A stretch of DNA of 64,000 nt from Octopus vulgaris (Eukaryota): assembly GCA_951406725.2 (NCBI GenBank), contig OX597817.1, forward strand, positions 139,562,001-139,626,000, in the 5' to 3' direction. Of this stretch, positions 1-10,984 are shown piece after piece. The notes below the pieces were generated by a model. It was given only the letters and a program-made list of their open reading frames with translations. It had not been told where the DNA came from and ran no database searches. Within the stretch, counting starts at the first letter, position 1. Each line of letters starts with the position of its first letter. Both the position numbers and the translations under genes were made by a program.

Positions 1-318
1 AAGATGGTGTGGGAAGATGAATGGAGGCATAGCGTCACCATCACTAATGATCACTCCAAATACCATGATGCTGACTGGATGCTTGATTTTTATCACTCAT
101 CTCTTTGACACCCAAACACTCTGACATGCTCATATTGGAGCGTCCAGTGCAAATACCAAGCAGTACAGCATGTCGTTTCCGAAATTCTGGCTGCGTGAAT
201 TGCACCATGGTGCTGTTTTTCTCACAGATGGTGCCCAAATGACCCAACTATACTGTGTGGTTGACAAAACCAAAAACCAAAAATATAAAATGGCAACAAT
301 TTACCCATTGCACTTTGT
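1..318 (-). mobile_element. Internally deleted Tc1/mariner-superfamily (maT/DD37D-like) transposon, left end
   Basis: Minus strand gives [18 protein letters not shown]... joined to IKHPVSIMVFGVIISDGDAMPPFIFP, a typical DDD-domain segment. A TIR-like end (acaaagtgcaatgggtaaattgttgccatttt) abuts the microsatellite. Confidence 0.7.
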
Positions 319-383
319 GTGTGTGTGTGTGTGTGTATATATATGTTTATATGTATGTATGTGTGTATGTATGCACAGGTATG

Positions 384-419
<36 letters not shown>

Positions 420-566
420 TACATACATATATATACATACACATATATATATACATACACACATATACATATCTATATATACATACATATACATACCTAT
501 ATATAGATACATACATATACATATCTATATACATACATACATATACATATAAATACACACACACAC

Positions 567-644
<78 letters not shown>

Positions 645-797
645 AGATATATATGTATGTAGATATATATGTATGAATGTATATGTATGTTTGTATATAT
701 ATATATGTTTGTATGTATATGTACGTATATGTATGTTTATATATATATATATGTGTGTGTGTGTATATATATGTATGTATATAGATATATGCATATA

Positions 798-839
<42 letters not shown>

Positions 840-963
840 TGTATATATTATGTATATATATGCATGAATATATTTATATATATATATGCATGTATATATT
901 ATATATATATATGCATGTATATATTTATATATATGTATGTATATATATATATATGTATGTATA

Positions 964-994
<31 letters not shown>

Positions 995-1284
995 GTATGT
1001 ATTTATATATATATATGTATATATGTATGTATATATATATATATATATATATATGTACTTATATATATATATATATGTACTTATATGTATATATATGTAT
1101 TTATATGTATATATATGTGTGTGTGTGTATTTATATGTATATGTATGTATGTATATATGTATATGTATGTATCTATATATAGGTATGTATATGTATGTAT
1201 ATATAGATATGTATATGTGTGTATGTATATATGTATGTGTATGTATATATATGTATGTATGTGTGTGTGTATATATATATATAT
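316..1284. repeat. Compound (TA)n/(TG)n/(TATG)n microsatellite
   Basis: Directly visible; source of the spurious YI/CV-repeat ORFs. Confidence 0.97.
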
Positions 1285-2689
1285 TTTCATTGTCTTTTGA
1301 GCCATATATTAAACACATACATTCAAACAGTTTATTCCCTTGTCCTTTTCTGCTCTGTTCTTAGTATCAAAGTGCTTTGTGATTGAGCCAGAGTCTGATT
1401 TCTGGTAATCTCTCTATCTTCATGATGCACAGTATCAGTGGATTGGTCTAACATGAACACTAAGTGTTTCGTACTATCTTCTATATAAATGGAAGGAGTA
1501 CGTTTAATAGTGCATGTGTTTATTGTATGGGGAAGACCCTCTTAATACACAATTTTGAGTCAGATAACTTGCCAAATACTTATAAAATATGCTGTGTACA
1601 CATATATATATTTCCCCTATATTGTGCATGTTTGTGTAAAAATACTCATAATAATGCACTTTTGTCAAATCTTAAAAGTATTTTTATAATCTGTGAAAAT
1701 TGTTTCACTAAAAACTATATTATTGAAAACAGATGTTTAATAATCTTTCCATTCATGAGAAGAAAAAGCCTAGGAATCAATGCTTTTTATATTCATATCT
1801 GCAAGAGAAATTATATTTTTAATCAATCTATATGGTAACTTATCACAATAATGTCCAAGTTTGACGCCTAAATTTTGGTCGTTTTTGGGGCTATGATTCA
1901 TTTCCTCCCTAAGTGTTTGATTTCACTGATATTTTCATCATTTGTAAATTTGATTTCAATTTATCTGATTGGTCATGCATCTAAGTATCACTTCAGCTTT
2001 ATTCTACTAAACTTTGAGCTTAACATGTGTAATCACTCTCTGATTTATCATTGTTGGCTTGATCTAAAGTAGGCTAGCTGCTACAATCCCCTGGCTCTTA
2101 TGAAGGGCTGAGATAGTAACCATCCAACTAACCAATTCAGTCTATCACCAGAAGAGAAGAACTGTTGCTGTTAAGTCAGTGGCAATAACGTTAAAGCCCG
2201 AAGGATGACCTCTATTAAACCTTAATAATGAATGAAGTCCATTATTATGCTCTGTTACCTAATGATTAAAGAGTTTTGATATTAATGTTGACTTTTTGTT
2301 GGTATTTCTCTTGTTTGTACACAGACAAACAAGCAAACACACACACACACACTCACTGTCATGTAGGATTGTCTTTGACTGCATAATTTTTGTTTGTAAA
2401 TCACTGTGTGCTTGAGTAGCCAATTCTGTATGTAGAGAGTTAGTGGTCCAAGTTGCCAACCAAAGTGTTCATATCTTGGGAGAGAGATAAGGGACAGAGG
2501 GGAATGATTGAGATATGGTGAGGTGGCCAGTTGTGCAAATACACATACACTTACAGTACTTCCAGAACTCAATTTTGCAAAGATGGGTGATGATGATGAT
2601 GATGGGTGGATCTTCTCAAGAACTGCACATCACCACACACCACAGTTCTTAGTTATCTCCTCTGTAAAGCTGAGAGCCTTGAGGATAAG

Positions 2690-3150
2690 CCTTCATTACT
2701 TTGTCCTTTGAATTCCTGGGTCTCTCTCTTCCATAATGACACTTCATAAAGCTGTCCTCATCCATAACCATCAGATGTCCATACCAGTGCAGTTTTCTTT
2801 CTTGTACACTACGTCTGATTTCTCTTATGTCCAGTCATTCGTTCAGGACATTTATACCGTCTCATTCACACACACTTACATCTACCAGAGTATACATACG
2901 TCATTCCTTTCCTGTTTTCTCAGGTCCCTGCATTCAAAGACCACATTTCACTACCATGCAGCATTGCAGTTCTAGCACAGGTATTATACAATCTACCCCT
3001 CATTCTGAAGGGAAAGACCTTTGTAGCCACCAGCATTAGTAGCTCCCTGATTTTCCTTCAACTTATTCTTACTCTGGCTATTATACCTTTCAGAGCAACC
3101 ACCACCTTCCTTGCTAATTACATCTCCTAACTTACAAAACCTATCAACAA
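2690..3150 (-). mobile_element. Old RTE LINE 3' fragment
   Basis: Degenerate reverse-complement similarity to the RTE C-terminal region at 24560-25050. Confidence 0.55.
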
Positions 3151-3979
3151 CTTGGAGTGAGCCATGCAGGCATTTAAGAGTATTTATTTCTGGTGTGCTC
3201 GTAGCACATACTGCTCCAGTCTATCTATCACTTACTTACTTTCTATGCTAGTCTGCTGGCAATTCCAGTCTACTTCTCTTGTGTGTCCATTGCTTACACC
3301 ATGTGCAGTCTATGGAGCTTGTGGTGACACCTTCCTTGCTTATTGAAAAAGGGTCATTTCCCTGAAAATACAAGGCTTCTCTCTTCTTTCCTTATTACTA
3401 AAACCTATGTCCTTAAAAACTTTTTGATTGTAGATGTGGCTTCCAAACCTGGAATTTTGTTTATAATTCCTCTATAGATTCAGCCATAGAAACTGGATCA
3501 TCAATAAATAGGAATTCCTATGGACAGCCAGTCTTGGAGGAGTTTATTTACCCCCAGTACTTCTTTGTGTCAAGTACTTGTATCAAATTCTGTTTGTCAA
3601 GCTGCTAAGTTACAAAGAAAGGAATACAATATATGAATAACGACACTGGTTTTTTTCTAAACTAGTCTAAATATAAACAGAAGCACATATGTACATATGT
3701 TATCTTCATCATCATCATTTTATGCCTTCTTTCCATGCTGGTATGAGTTAGATGAATTGTTATAAATGGCTTGGCAGACCATGTCACACTAGCAGACAAG
3801 ATGTTTTGATGCCACTTCTTTGGCATCATTAATTTAACAGTGATTTATTTGACATTAGATGTTTAATGTTTCTCTTGTTTTCTCTCTCTCTCTCACTCTC
3901 ACTCAATGTTTTTTATTTCTGCATATGTCTCCAACATGTAAAAGTAATGTTGCCAAAACAGGACAAATGTCCACTCTGC

Positions 3980-4120
3980 TGTTATGCAAATAACGTTGAT
4001 ATAAAGAGCATGCACATTTGACAGGAAGAGGAAGAGAGAGAATGGCCATTCGGAATAATCTACAGGACCATGATGAAAAATTAGTTTCTTTGAACCAGGA
4101 TTTACTGGTTATACATTGCA
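3980..4120 (+). repeat. 5' LTR
   Basis: Direct repeat of 8682-8822; 8 mismatches in 141 by hand count. Confidence 0.92.
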
Positions 4121-4222
4121 ATCAATGACACTAATTTCTGAAAATACACAATTGGGAAGAGTTGCAGAGTAGTCTATAGAGAAAGAAATTTGTGAAAAGA
4201 CGTGAACGATATGGAAAGATAC

Positions 4223-4455
4223 AAGGCGGCGAGCTGGCAGAAATGTTAGCACACCGGGTGAAAGGCGTAGCTGTATTTCGTCTGCCGTTACGTTCTGAGT
4301 TCAAATTCCGCCAAGGTTGACTTTGCCTTTCATCCTTTCGGCGTCAATAAATTAAGTACCAGTTATGCACTGGGGTCAATGTAATCGACTTAATCCGTTT
4401 GTCTGTCCTTGTTTGTCCTCTCTGTGTTTAGCCCCTTGTGGGTAATAAAAAAACA
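4223..4455 (+). mobile_element. tRNA-derived SINE, family A (Meta/MESC-like core), nested in Gypsy
   Basis: A/B-box-like head (gagctggcagaa...gagttcaaattcc), core gcctttcatcctttcgg...aattaagtaccag, A-rich tail, 15-bp TSD gatatggaaagatac (4208-4222, 4456-4470). Confidence 0.9.
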
Positions 4456-4607
4456 GATATGGAAAGATACTTGAAACCTGACAGATTGAATGTAGACCCA
4501 AATTCTACAAATGCCAATAAAGTTTTTAATCACTGGTTTATAACTTTCTCCAACTTTATAGACTCACTACCAGGGCAGGAAGGCAGGATTAGCGATAAAC
4601 TCAATCA

Positions 4608-4814
4608 TCATCATCATCGTTTAACGTCCGCTTTCCATGCTAGCATGGGTTGGACGGTTCAACTGGGGTCTGGGAAGCCCGAAGGCTGCACCAGGCCAGT
4701 CATATCTGGCAGTGTTTCTACAGCTGGTAGCCCTTCCTAACGCCAACCACTCCGTGAGTGTAGTGGGTGCTTTTTATGTGCCACCGACACAGGTGCCAGA
4801 CGAGGCTGGCTGAA
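4608..4814 (-). mobile_element. RTE 3'-tail insertion in gag
   Basis: (CAT)n followed by the gtttaacgtccgctttccatgctagcatggg family; tcaatc duplicated; removing it restores gag KLNLLINYVE. Confidence 0.85.
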
Positions 4815-5435
4815 TCAATCTTTTGATTAATTATGTGGAACTGAACGTATATATGAATTCATCAGTGAAGCTAAGAACTATGAACAAGCTGTGAATACAC
4901 TAAAGAGTGTGTACATTAAACCAAAGAACATTGTAATGGCACACCATCTTTTAGCCACAAGGAAACAGAAACTAGGGGAATCTCTAGATCAGTTCTTAAA
5001 CAAACTCAAAATATTAGCAAAAGACTGTGACTTTGTTGCAGTGAGTGCAGAGCTGTACCGGTCTGAAATGAATTGAGATGCATTTATAAATGGGCTCACT
5101 TCGAATCAAATACGACAAAGACTATTAGAAAACGAAAGTGTCGACCTCAGTAAAGCTTATGATCAAGCACATTCACTAGATGTGGCACAACAAGGTTCCA
5201 GTGTCTTTCTAGACTCTGAGGCTGCCAACTGCACCCATTGTATCTAAGCCAATAGATTCCCCAAAGCAGGAAGGAAAACACTCTGCCATGACCCGAAAAG
5301 GAGACAGACCCCTCTCAGTGTTGGTTTTGTGGCTATTTCGGACACCTGTGGACTCACTACCCTGTGCAGAAAGCAGTCTGTTACAAATTTTTAAAAAAAT
5401 TGGACATTTTGGAAAACTATGTAGGAGCAACTGTA

Positions 5436-5815
5436 GGAGGTGCAATAGCCCAGTGATTAGGGCAATGGACTTGTGGTTTCGATTCCCAGACTGGGCGTTG
5501 TGTGTTTATTGTGCGAAAACACCTAAAGCTCCACAAGGCTCCGGCAGGGGATGGCGGCGATCCCTGTTGTACTCTTTCACTCCAACTTTCTCTTACTCTT
5601 TCTTCCTGTTTCTTGTCCCCGACTACCTATGCAACCGCTGAGCCTGGATGCGCATTCATCCATCCGTTGATGCTCTCGGTGTCGGGGGTTGACCTGCTTT
5701 CTCTTCTGCATGTCTTACGAATAGCAAAGGACCACGTTTCGGACTTCTCCCACTACAGAGGCGCGATCTTGTGAGCTCTGGGACGAAGACCGCTTCGCTC
5801 AACAAACAAACAAAC
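5436..5815 (+). mobile_element. tRNA-derived SINE, family B (OR-like), nested in Gypsy
   Basis: tRNA-like head, (CAAA)n tail, 10-bp TSD agcaactgta (5426-5435, 5816-5825); homologous copies at 39300-39655 and 47287-47639. Confidence 0.9.
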
Positions 5816-5925
5816 AGCAACTGTAACACAAAGCTATTCGCTCATCTCAGAAAGGACTGTAAACCCATTGCAGCCAAATCGCGAAAATACTCGGAATGTG
5901 ATCAAGAGTTCATCAGGACATTATT

Positions 5926-6343
5926 GGGATCTTTTCGGTTTGACCGGCAGTTTTTTAAAATAATTTCCATGTAACTAAACACTTTTAAACTTCGTATACT
6001 GGTAGAATGTGTTTATAAAACATCTTTTTCTCTTGGCTTTATTGAGAAAATCTATGGTTTGTAAGATATTTGTTGTTTTTTTTCTTCAATTTCTGCCATT
6101 TCCACCAATCAGTGACGTCTATTGAGATGAAAGCATTCTGTGCCATATGAATATATCCCTCGTTTAAGAAACAGATTGGGTTTATTTACATTTCTGAAGA
6201 AAAAAAGATACCCTTCCCCCTAACTCTAACCCTAACCCTAAAACAGATTGAAATGCAATAGATCGATACTAGGGTCATAATTATGGGTGACAATTTCATA
6301 CGACACCGCTAGAAAAAACTGCCAGTCAAACCGAAAAGATCCC
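5926..6343. mobile_element. MITE with GGGATC...GATCCC TIRs and internal (CCCTAA)n
   Basis: About 30-bp TIR gggatcttttcggtttgaccggcagttttt / aaaaactgccagtcaaaccgaaaagatccc; attatt on both flanks; removing it restores pol DIIEPSNSPW. Confidence 0.9.
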
Positions 6344-6349
6344 ATTATT

Positions 6350-8480
6350 GAACCTAGTAACTCCCCTTGGAGATCCCAAGTGTTAGTTGTTCAAGAAAAA
6401 GAAAGGCGATGAATGGTGATTGACTACTCAGAGACGATTAACAAATATACTCAGCTTGATGCCTACCCACTTCCTAAAATTGATGAGTTAGTGAACCCTA
6501 TTGCCAAGTATAAAGTCTACAGTCCTATAGACTTACGTTCGGCATACCATCAGATTCCTCTATTAGAGAAAGAATGTCAATTCATTGAAGCTGATGGTAA
6601 ATTAAGGCATTATACTAGGATGTCATTCGGAGTACCTAACGGCAGCGCGTGTTTCCAACATATAATGGACGACTTCGTGAGGAAATACAAGCTGCGAGAT
6701 ACGTTCCCGTTCATAGACAATTTAACTATATGTTGGAAAGAACAAAATGACCATGATAAAAATTTAGAAAAATTTGAAAGGCAGCAAAAATTGAAGGGCT
6801 TACCATGAATGAAGACAAATGCGTTTACTCAACAACAACTCTTAACTTTCTTGGATACTGTATCTCACACAATACCCTCATCCCTGACCCATAAGGGCTT
6901 GCTCCACTCCTCAGTCTTCTTACACCAACTGACCAGAAATCATTAAAATGTATAGGCAGTATGTTTTCTTATTATGCTAAGTGGATCTCCACATTTTCTG
7001 ACATGATATATTCTCTAAATAACATATTAAAATTTCCTCTAAACAGCCAACAAGTAAAAGCATTTGAGTCATTAAAGGTTGAATCTAGCCAATGCTGCCA
7101 TTCAAGTAATAGATGAGAACATTCCATTTACTGTTGAGACGGATGCTTCGGATTTAGCCATATCTGTGACACTAAATCAAGATGGAAGACCAGTCACATT
7201 CCATTCTCACATGCTGCAAGGTAGCAAACAGTACCATTCCTCAGTTGAAAAGGAAGCTCAAGCAATTATCAAATCAATTCATCATTGGAGACACTTTCTT
7301 CTAGGTAGACATTTTGCATGAATTACTGATCAACGTTGCATGATATTCACTATCACCCAGGATCCAGCAAACTCGCTCCAGATGTATTCACAAGGGTACG
7401 CTGTTCAGCAATTAGTTCACATTCACTTTATGAGTTACATGCAGCACTGTGCCATCCTGGTGTAGTACAACTTCATCATTTCGTCCGCAGTAAAAATCTC
7501 CCATATTTGTTAGAAACAAATATGTAGCAATTGCTCTATATGTCAAGAAGTAAAACCACAATATTATAAACCAGATTCAGTTAACTTAATTAACCCTTTC
7601 GTTACCAACCCGGCTGAAACCTGCTCTGGCTCTGTAGTACAAATGTCTTGTTTTCATAAATTTTGAATTAAAATCTTCCACCAAACCTTAGTCCCAATTT
7701 ATGTTCCTAACATAAGCTTAATAATAACTGAGTTATTTTACTAAATTCTGTGTTACATCTAAAATAATTTAAAGAAACACAGAGCATCTCAAAATAAATA
7801 CAGTAACAAAAGGGTTAAGGCCACGCAGCCCTTCGAGCAAATTTCTATCGATTTCAAAGGTCCAATTCCTTCCACGAAGCATCCTTATCTCCTAACAATT
7901 GTTGACGAATACTCTCGATTTCCGTTTGGATATCCAGTATCTGACACAGCTCAGACTGTAATAAAGTGTCTTACAGACTTGGTCTCAGTTTTCGGTATGC
8001 CCAGTTATGTACATTCAGATCGTGAAACTGCCTTTATGTCTACAAGATTGAGAGAATGGCTCCTCAATGGGGGCATTGCAATGAGTAGGACGACACCATA
8101 CAATACCACTGGGAACAGTCAAGTAGAAAGATATAATGGTATTATTTGGAAGTCAGTACTACTCTCTTTGAAAATCCGTGTCCTTCCAGTATCTTCATAG
8201 GAAACAGTTCTTCCAGACGCGTTGCATTCAATCAGATCTCTACTTTGTACGTCCACTAACACCACTCCTCATGAACGTCTTTTTAACTATCAAAGACGTT
8301 CAGCAACAGGAACATCTATGCCAACATGGCTTCTTAACCCAGAACCTGTGCTTGTTCAAAGGAGCAATTGCACTAACATGACCCTATCATGAACCAAGTT
8401 GATTTAATCGAAGCCAACCCCCAATACACTCACGTCTGTTACCCAGACGGTCGTGAAACCACAGTATCCACAAAATAATT
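6350..8480 (+). pseudogene. Gypsy pol (RT-RNase H-integrase), disrupted
   Basis: ORF-track pieces 6413-6808, 7079-7321, 7336-7527, 7979-8200 carry RT, RNase H, zinc-finger and integrase motifs in different frames. Confidence 0.9.
7594..7814. mobile_element. piggyBac-like MITE (221 bp) in Gypsy integrase
   Basis: TTAA|CCCTTTCGTTAC ... GTAACAAAAGGG|TTAA; second copy at 49313-49533. Confidence 0.9.
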
Positions 8481-8681
8481 GGCATCGCCAGGGAAGATTA
8501 ACCCAACTGATAACCTAACCCAAACATTTGTCCCTCAAGAGCCAGACAGAGAGCCAACTGAATTTCTCCTCCTCCTAGAGACAACCGTCAAGAACAAAAA
8601 GAAGAATCCCCTCAGCTGCGTCGATCTCAAAGGATTCGGAAAGCCTTGATCTATGAACTTTTTTTTCTAGGAGGGAGTGAA

Positions 8682-8822
8682 TGTTATGCAAATAACGTTG
8701 ATATAAAAAGCATGCACATTTGACAGGAAGAGGAAGAGAGAGAATGGCCATTCGGAATAGCATACAGAACTATGACTAAAAATTAGTTTCTTTGAACCAG
8801 GATTTACTGGTTATACATTGCA
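8682..8822 (+). repeat. 3' LTR
   Basis: Direct repeat of 3980-4120, preceded by a polypurine tract. Confidence 0.92.
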
Positions 8823-9949
8823 TTACTGTGTGACCAGAATAAGGTGATCGAGCAGTCTCTTGAGGTCTTTATCTGCAGGGTCGGACCACTAGAGTCTAGC
8901 AGAGATTACTGAACAGTGGCACCATTATGCAACTATCAGAGGAGTCGCTTTTGGTGCATCAGATGAGCGTGATGCTTTCCTGCTGGAGCTTCATTTGATA
9001 AGCTAGGAAGTAGTATTCAATTCACACACCTCACCCTGCCTCACAAAAACCCCACATCAGTTTTCTCATATTTTATTAGGGCACCAGTACTAAATAAGTT
9101 GTTCTATTAAACTGAAAATGATTGTTGGTTGTTTAAAGAACGAAATAAGTAAAGAAATTAAATTGATATTTAGATCCAACGTAAATACAAGACTAACACT
9201 TCAGACATAGGAAAACACTCTTAAATTTAAAATGCTCTCACTCAGCAGGAATAAAACCAAATATGGCACACACTAAGAACAATGTTAGTTCTATCAAAAA
9301 CCATAATATTCAAATTTCCACATTATCTATTCATGACCTAATTATAAATTCAAAATAATGACCGACAAGGCAAACATACATAAAAAATAATATGCTCTAA
9401 CTTGGAATGCCCACAGATTGGGGTAGAGACTAGATGCTGAATCAAAGATATTGATGAAGTTGGCCTAGTTTTCATTGTGGGGTTGCTCATAGCCATGTGC
9501 AAGAGTTCAATCGTTTTTGACTCCTGGGTAGTAGCATCCAAGTGTCTCTGGAAGATGAACAAATGAAGTATATCTAATTAAACTAGAACAACATCTAGGC
9601 AAGTATCAAAGTAATACACACCTGCAAAATTTCAGCCTGTTACATCAATTATTCTTGGAGATATTGTGACCTAAAGATTGCTACTCATAGTCAGAAATGT
9701 CATTTTGAGAAAAACACTGGAAATGGTTGATTTTACAAAAAAGCCCAACTACACAAGGATAATATCCTCATTTTGGTGAAATATTTGCAGTTTTGCACAG
9801 TCTAGTAACACGCAGAAGCCTATCCTTTGCTATTTTTCTGAGGTATTAGCCTTGCCTTCAAGTTAACGATTTTATTTACATGAGCAGAGATCAGTTATAT
9901 TGACAACATTATGATTAATAACATAAACAGCTTCTTTGGTTGTATAATA

Positions 9950-10330
9950 TCATTGTCATTGTTTAATGTCCACTTTCCATGCTGGCATGGGTTGGACAGT
10001 TTGACTGGGGATTGGCGAGCCTGAAGGCTGCACCAGGTTCCAATCTGATCTGACAAAGTTTCTACAACTGGATGCCCTTCCTAATGCCAACCACTCCGAG
10101 ATTGTAGTGGGTGCTTTTACGTGCCACCGGTACGAGGGCCAGTCAGGCAGTACCGGCAACGGTCACAATCAAAAGGTGTTTTTTCCATGCTACCTTCACA
10201 GGAGCCAGTCCAGCGGCACTGGCAACAACCATGCTCGAATGTTATTTTTCACGTGCCACTGGCACATGTGCCAGTAAGGTGACGCTGGCAATGATCATGC
10301 TTGAATTGTGCTTTTTATATGCCACTGGCA
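9950..10330 (-). mobile_element. RTE 3' UTR/tail copy with internal repeat modules
   Basis: Family motifs ggatgcccttcctaatgccaaccactccgag and repeated gtgccaccggcac modules. Confidence 0.85.
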
Positions 10331-10764
10331 ATAAGAATGAAGCTGTAAGCTTGAGTGGATATTAATGATACACTGCTCCTAGGACTGTCCCTTTATCAAA
10401 CAATGGATAATTAGTTATTTTGACATTCTTCTCTTTTTTATGGCTTAGAGAAGAAAATGCAGACAAATGTTCTTCTTTGGAGCTTCTAATACCAGGATAT
10501 AAAGAAGGTTATTCTGGCTCAAATGTTTTCAACAGAGCTTATTTTGCTACAGGTATTTAAAGGCCAAATGCTAGTATTAAACTTGGCAGTGGATTAAGTC
10601 TGCTTCCACATAGTTTCCAGTCTCATGGACATGCTTCCACATAGTTTCCATCTACCAAATTTCACTCTTAAAACACTAAGATAGAAAACACTTGCCTAAA
10701 GGGGGTTGAAACCAAAGCTACAGAGTGAACTTCTTGACCAAATGACCATTCCTACTCCTATACC

Positions 10765-10984
10765 TATTTCTTTACTATCCACAAGGAGCTAAACACAGAG
10801 AGGACAGACAAATGAATTAAGTCGACCCCAGTGTGTAACTGGTACTTATTTAATCGACCCTGAAAGGATGAAAGGCAAAGTTGACCTCGGCAGAATTTGA
10901 ACTCAGAACGTAGCAGCAGATGAAATACCGCTAAGCATTTCGCCCGACATGCTTAACGTTTCTGCCAGCTCACCGCCTTTATAT
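10765..10984 (-). mobile_element. SINE family A
   Basis: Reverse complement of 4223-4455; 17-bp TSD attcctactcctatacc (10748-10764, 10985-11001). Confidence 0.9.

Larger units (their letters stand above)
3980..8822 (+). mobile_element. Full-span but decayed Ty3/Gypsy LTR retrotransposon
   Basis: Two 141-bp TG..CA LTRs, PPT aggagggagtgaa before the 3' LTR. Gag (MERYLKPDRL..., paired zinc knuckles), RT (IDYSETINKYTQLDAYPLP, IDLRSAYHQIP), RNase H (ETDASD..., SSVEKEA), integrase (IDFKGP, HSDRETAF, GNSQVERYN) in Gypsy order. Stops and frameshifts present; protease apparently deleted. Confidence 0.93.

Noticed and set aside
170-1364. Many long YI/CV/HT-repeat ORFs (also near 22600-23400 and 41800-42200)
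   Set aside because: Translations of dinucleotide microsatellites that lack stop codons; no coding signal
6219-6242. Telomere or chromosome-fusion scar
   Set aside because: Only about 4 units, internal to a TIR-bounded MITE
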